A stretch of DNA of 64,000 bases from Lingula anatina (Eukaryota; Animalia; Brachiopoda): the NCBI GenBank assembly GCA_051362555.1, contig CM120645.1, forward strand, positions 12,958,001-13,022,000. The letters run 5' to 3'. Under the pieces are notes generated by a model. That model had not been told where the DNA came from, did no database searches, and was given only the letters and a program-made list of their open reading frames with translations. Of the stretch, positions 59,377-64,000 are shown in pieces; the stretch's first letter is position 1; every line of letters starts with the position of its first letter. Position numbers and translations under genes: made by a program.

Positions 59377-60460
59377 GTAATGAATAAAGTTTTTATTCTC
59401 CACAACCGGTAGAATGAGTACAAGCTTTCTAATTAGTCACTTTAACGAACCATTAAATACATTTCCGTCGTGTGCCATATAGAATTATTCATGAGGCGCA
59501 TTTACACTCGAGTTGAGGCGGGTTATCTTTGCACCATATCAGCACGTTCAAAATGATTTTCAAAATGGCCTGCAGTATAATTGTCTAAAACTGTTAGGAG
59601 GGATGCTATGATTTACAAGATATCAGAATGATATTATAAAATTTTCTCAGTATGCAACCGACTTTTTGAAGGACCGCATATTTGGCAACCTTCACTTTGA
59701 AACCATTCTCTGCAACTCCTTCGCTTTTGATTACATGAACCCAGTTACGGTTATATCAAGATCATTAATATTTTGAAATATATTTTGAAATAAAATTTTG
59801 CTTCTTTTCATTCTTGCTATTCACAAGGCGTACGTGTACTTCTTTGGGCATAACACGTAAAAAGTACTTGTAAATCAAAAGTTTAGAGTCCATCCGATCC
59901 TACAGGTACTTTTCACACGGATATTGCGACATAATCATTTCATGCTATTTTTCCAACCTGGCTCATTTTGTGTTTTTATTTGTTTTCCTGAAATGTTCGG
60001 AATTCCTGTTGCTTAGAGGTGCACCAATGTCTTCTTGAATTACTCATTTATCCAACCCTGTCTACAACATATTACATTTTTACCATCCGTTATTTCACTC
60101 AAGCGGCCGCAGAAGGGCACTGATGCACCTTTTCCTCTAAAGCGAATGAAGTATCTTATTCATGAGTCATTTTTTCTAGCTTTCTTTTATTTGTCAATTT
60201 TCTGTGAATACATTTACCACTGTTTTCTCCATATCTTTTCTCAGCAAATACACTCCTCGTTGACTATTTTCAAATGGAAAAAAGTTAAAGAATCGTGTTT
60301 ACTCGAGTGTTTTTCTAGTTGCGTACCTCACATGGTCGATACCCCCCCCCCCCCCCCCCCCCCACGCCAGATGCAATGTTTAGTAACAGCGCATGAATGT
60401 ATTCATGAATTATTCATTTATACAACTTTTTCTCATACCAGATAAAAAATTAGGTGGTAA

Positions 60461-60671
60461 AACCCCCTTTACACAGGACGGCGTCCTTTCTGCGTCCCTT
60501 GTGCGACTATGAATTTGGCATTGGAGTGGTCATAAAAAGGAGGCAGAAGCATCGCTTTGGTTGCAGAATGAATGCTCAGTGATCGGCCAGTAAATTTTTT
60601 TTTTGGTTTTACTCTCAAACGAGGCCGTACTACGGGACGCAGAAAGGACGCCGTCCGGTGTAAAGGGAGCT
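60461..60671. mobile_element. PIF/Harbinger-type MITE (211 bp)
   Basis: Long TIRs tttacacaggacggcgtcctttctgcgtccc / gggacgcagaaaggacgccgtccggtgtaaa; TAA on both sides. Confidence 0.8.
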
Positions 60672-61389
60672 TAACACCATCCTTCTTCAAAGTAAGTAAT
60701 CAAGGTGCATGCCGGAGTCTGAGGGACGCCAAATATGGTGTCATTGTCTTTTAGTCATGTAAAGATGAAGAAAGGATTAACCATGAAATAAATAGGTAGT
60801 GAATAAACAGGAATAAACAGATGCCCAAATGGATTAAGGCACGTATATGTCCTGCTTTCCAGCATAATACATGTATTTTAAGTAAATAAATAAGGGCCAT
60901 GCATTATTCAAATCCTACTCAACGCATATAAGTTTTCGTCCATCTGCATCTGCATCCTTTGAAAAAAAAAAGAGTAAAATATAATGTTCTGGTGACAAAT
61001 AATCGTTTTCGTTTTACTTTGATCTGATTGGATTTTAAAATGACTGAAATCCGTAGGCCTAATCCCGAACTGCTGGATGTAACGAAAAACCGACAATGTC
61101 TGACGCAATACCAGGACGTTTGGAGGTGTGCAGAACATCTGTTAAATAGTAGACGTCTTAATCATTGTGTGGAAGTGTCGGAATTGCTGTCCCTAAGTTA
61201 AAGTCCAGGCAACATTACCACATTAAGCCCTATAGTGTAACTTTTGTCACGAATCGAAGCACAATGAATATATAAAGAAAACTAGGTCGCATAACGGAAA
61301 ACCGCAAGAATACAATTTGGTTTAATTTTACCCCATTCTACGTAAAGAGGGTCAAATCATAGGTAAGCAGGGTCTATTTTAGTCATCTT

Positions 61390-61440
61390 GATACGTCATG
61401 ACACGCTGTTCCGACATACACTGTACTGTATATATAGAGA
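61390..61440 (+). promoter_or_regulatory. Probable core promoter of the ODC-like gene
   Basis: TATATATAG at about 61428 and a CRE-like tacgtca at about 61392, upstream of a 5' UTR exon ending gaag|gtgagt at 61566. Confidence 0.4.
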
Positions 61441-61728
61441 GAACATCGCACGGGTCAAAGCAAAAGAGCATTTGCAGCGTTGTAGCCTACTAGTATTTTC
61501 TTTTGATACTTTTTGATTCTTTTGACGGGCTGAACTTATTTCTATTTCAAAGACACATTGAAGAAGGTGAGTGTAAATGGATTTTATTATTTTATTATAA
61601 AGATTTTATTTCATTTTTCACCTTATAGTCCTGTATATATCATCGAATTGGAATATGGCGACATTTCTGTCAGCTCCAATTATTTAATTTCATATAATTT
61701 TTTTTACTCCCAGAACTACGGTTGCTGG

Positions 61729-63924
61729 ATGCGAAAAGTTATGAAAACAGAGAGATTACATGTCACAGAAGATGCTTACGCCACAACTTCCGAAAGATTC
61801 ATCACAAAACATGGTCATCAAGCTATGCGACACCTTATCAAAGACAAACTACAGCAAGGAGACGATATGGTAAGGGCTTAATAAGGCATTTGTTCTTAAA
61901 GTATGACTATAATTCTACGTCCATTTGTACGAAACATGTAGCGATATTTTGTACAGGCCTTCTTATTCACGAAATGTTTTAACATGGTTAATTTTTTGTA
62001 CAAAATCACACTAAATACTCCTTTTTAATGTTTGGGTCAACTTGCTTTGCACAAGACACTCTTCTAGAGAAAAATAAAATACTCAATAAATACAAGGGTA
62101 TATATTGTACAAATAATGTTTTCTTTTTTCATAACAGCGGCCTTTTTATATCGCCAACTTGGATGACATAGTCAACAAGCACAAGCACTGGGTGAAACTG
62201 ATGCCACGTGTCAAACCCTTCTACGCCGTGAAATGTAACAACACTGAGCCAGTCGTGAAGACCATTGCGGCACTTGGGGCGGGGTTTGACTGCGCCAGTA
62301 GCGCTGAGTTCCAACAGGTTCTAAAATATGGGGTGGAGACAGATAGAATAATATATGCCCAAACGTGTAAAGATCCCGAAGAAATCAAACATGCGTCAGA
62401 ACGAGGCGTTGACCTGATGACATTTGACAATGAAGATGAACTTGTGAAAATAAAACATCTATATCCTCATGCAAGACTCGTATTACGAATTCTTCCACAA
62501 GTACAAAAGGCTGTTCTTGAAATGGGGAAGAAATTTGGATGTGCCATTAAAAACTGTAAAGGACTTTTACTGAAGGCGAAAGAATTGGAACTGAATGTCG
62601 TTGGAATCAGGTAATTTTCATACCAAACAAAAAACTCCTTGTCGTTCAATCTTGAAATCAATTGTCCAATGTATTATCAGCAGTTCGTGTATGTACACCT
62701 AGGATTGATATAAAATTATTTCACTGTTCTAGTCTGTCAGACAACTTATGTATATCAAAAATGGACAAAAGATAGAGGATACTCATTTTTTCATAGCAAG
62801 CAGCAACTTGCATGTATTTGACACAAGCGATAAGTATGTGGGAAAATATGTACATATATTGATTTTTTCTTGTAATTTCAGTTTTCATGTTGGTTCGTCG
62901 TGTCTTGACGCCTTCGCCTACGAACACACCATCAGTCTCTGTCGCGGCATCTTTGACATGGCCAAGACCATCGGTTACAATTTCAACTTACTCGACATCG
63001 GTGGTGGATTCCCCGGTTATGAGACTGAAGAAAAACTATCATTATCTGACATTGCCAAGGCAATTAACAATTCACTGGATGAATACTTCCCGGAGGAGGA
63101 AAATGTTAAAGTGATTGCAGAGCCCGGGCGTTACTATGTACAATCTGCTTTCACTCTTGCATTGCGTGTAATAGCTAGACGGGTGGAGCGACGGGACTCC
63201 TATCATGACGATCCATCAGATATAGATGAAGCACAGAAAACCTTTATGTACTACCTCAATGACGGCCTCCACGGTTCCTTCTACGTCCATATTGTGTTTG
63301 AGAAACATGCGCCAGATTTCTATTTGCTTGAGGTAAGTCTCTTAACATATTTAATCAGATGATAATCTAACGACCAGATACTGTGTTAGTTATTCTTAAC
63401 ATAACTGTGAGTTCATAGTGCGAAAACACATTACAAGCCATGGGTGGAGTTGGCATTGAAATATATGATATTGAGGGCTTGTTCATTTTCGTTATATGCC
63501 TTAAAGAATCTGAACCGTCAATTTTGAGAAACAAATAAAAAAGAGGGAATAATGTTGAAAATCCAATATTCTGAATTAGTCATTTCAAGCAAAAATATGC
63601 CTTTGACCTGATAATTTGGCCAAACCATTCCTAAATTGTTTATTTCGTATTTTCCAGAATAAAGAATCTCTGCCAGTGTTCAAAAGCAGCTTATGGGGAC
63701 CAACGTGTAATCCCTTTGACTGTATAACACAGGAAATAGAGCTCCCCGAACTGGACATCGGAGACTGGTTGTACGTGCCCAACATGGGGGCATACACGAC
63801 TGTCCTCCTGTCTTCTTTCAATGGGATACCGACACCGAAAATCCACTGGATTGCTTCAGACGGAGTGATATGCGAGCTTAATTTTCACAGTGACAAATAT
63901 GTGACTGTTGACAAAGCTGAGTAA
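61729..63924 (+). CDS. Ornithine decarboxylase family protein (ODC-like, group IV PLP decarboxylase), 4 coding exons, about 443 aa
   Basis: Exons 61729-61869, 62138-62610, 62882-63332, 63658-63924 (1332 nt, phases match); PFYAVKCN, FDCAS, KFG, FHVGS, DIGGGFPG, EPGRYY, WGPTC, NMGAYT. Confidence 0.92.
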
Positions 63925-64000
63925 CTTTGCTTTTCATAATACGAAACTAGACATATTTGAATCAATATGGCAATACATAACTTACAGAATGTTAGTCGCA

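Overview
AT-rich eukaryotic (animal, probably marine-invertebrate/lophotrochozoan-type) genomic DNA with spliceosomal introns. In order: terminal exon of a Tyr-motif-rich protein; a 9-exon Nudix hydrolase gene (YJR142W/NUDT20-like, 306 aa, 3573-18346) whose intron 2 holds a same-strand Ty3/gypsy LTR retrotransposon (intact gag and pol, no 3' LTR) and whose intron 6 starts with a 56/60-bp minisatellite built from the exon end plus its splice donor; a single-exon atypical class A GPCR; a tandem cluster of five Toll-like receptor genes with mosaic/chimeric structure; a small secreted two-EF-hand gene missed by the ORF track; tRNA-Pro(TGG); and an ornithine-decarboxylase-family gene with altered substrate-binding residues. 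MITEs, LINE fragments and at least 21 TACATGTA octamers (probable transposon excision footprints, one in-frame inside a TLR) are scattered throughout. Exon structures were assembled by eye from GT-AG sites and phase continuity; no database search was possible.
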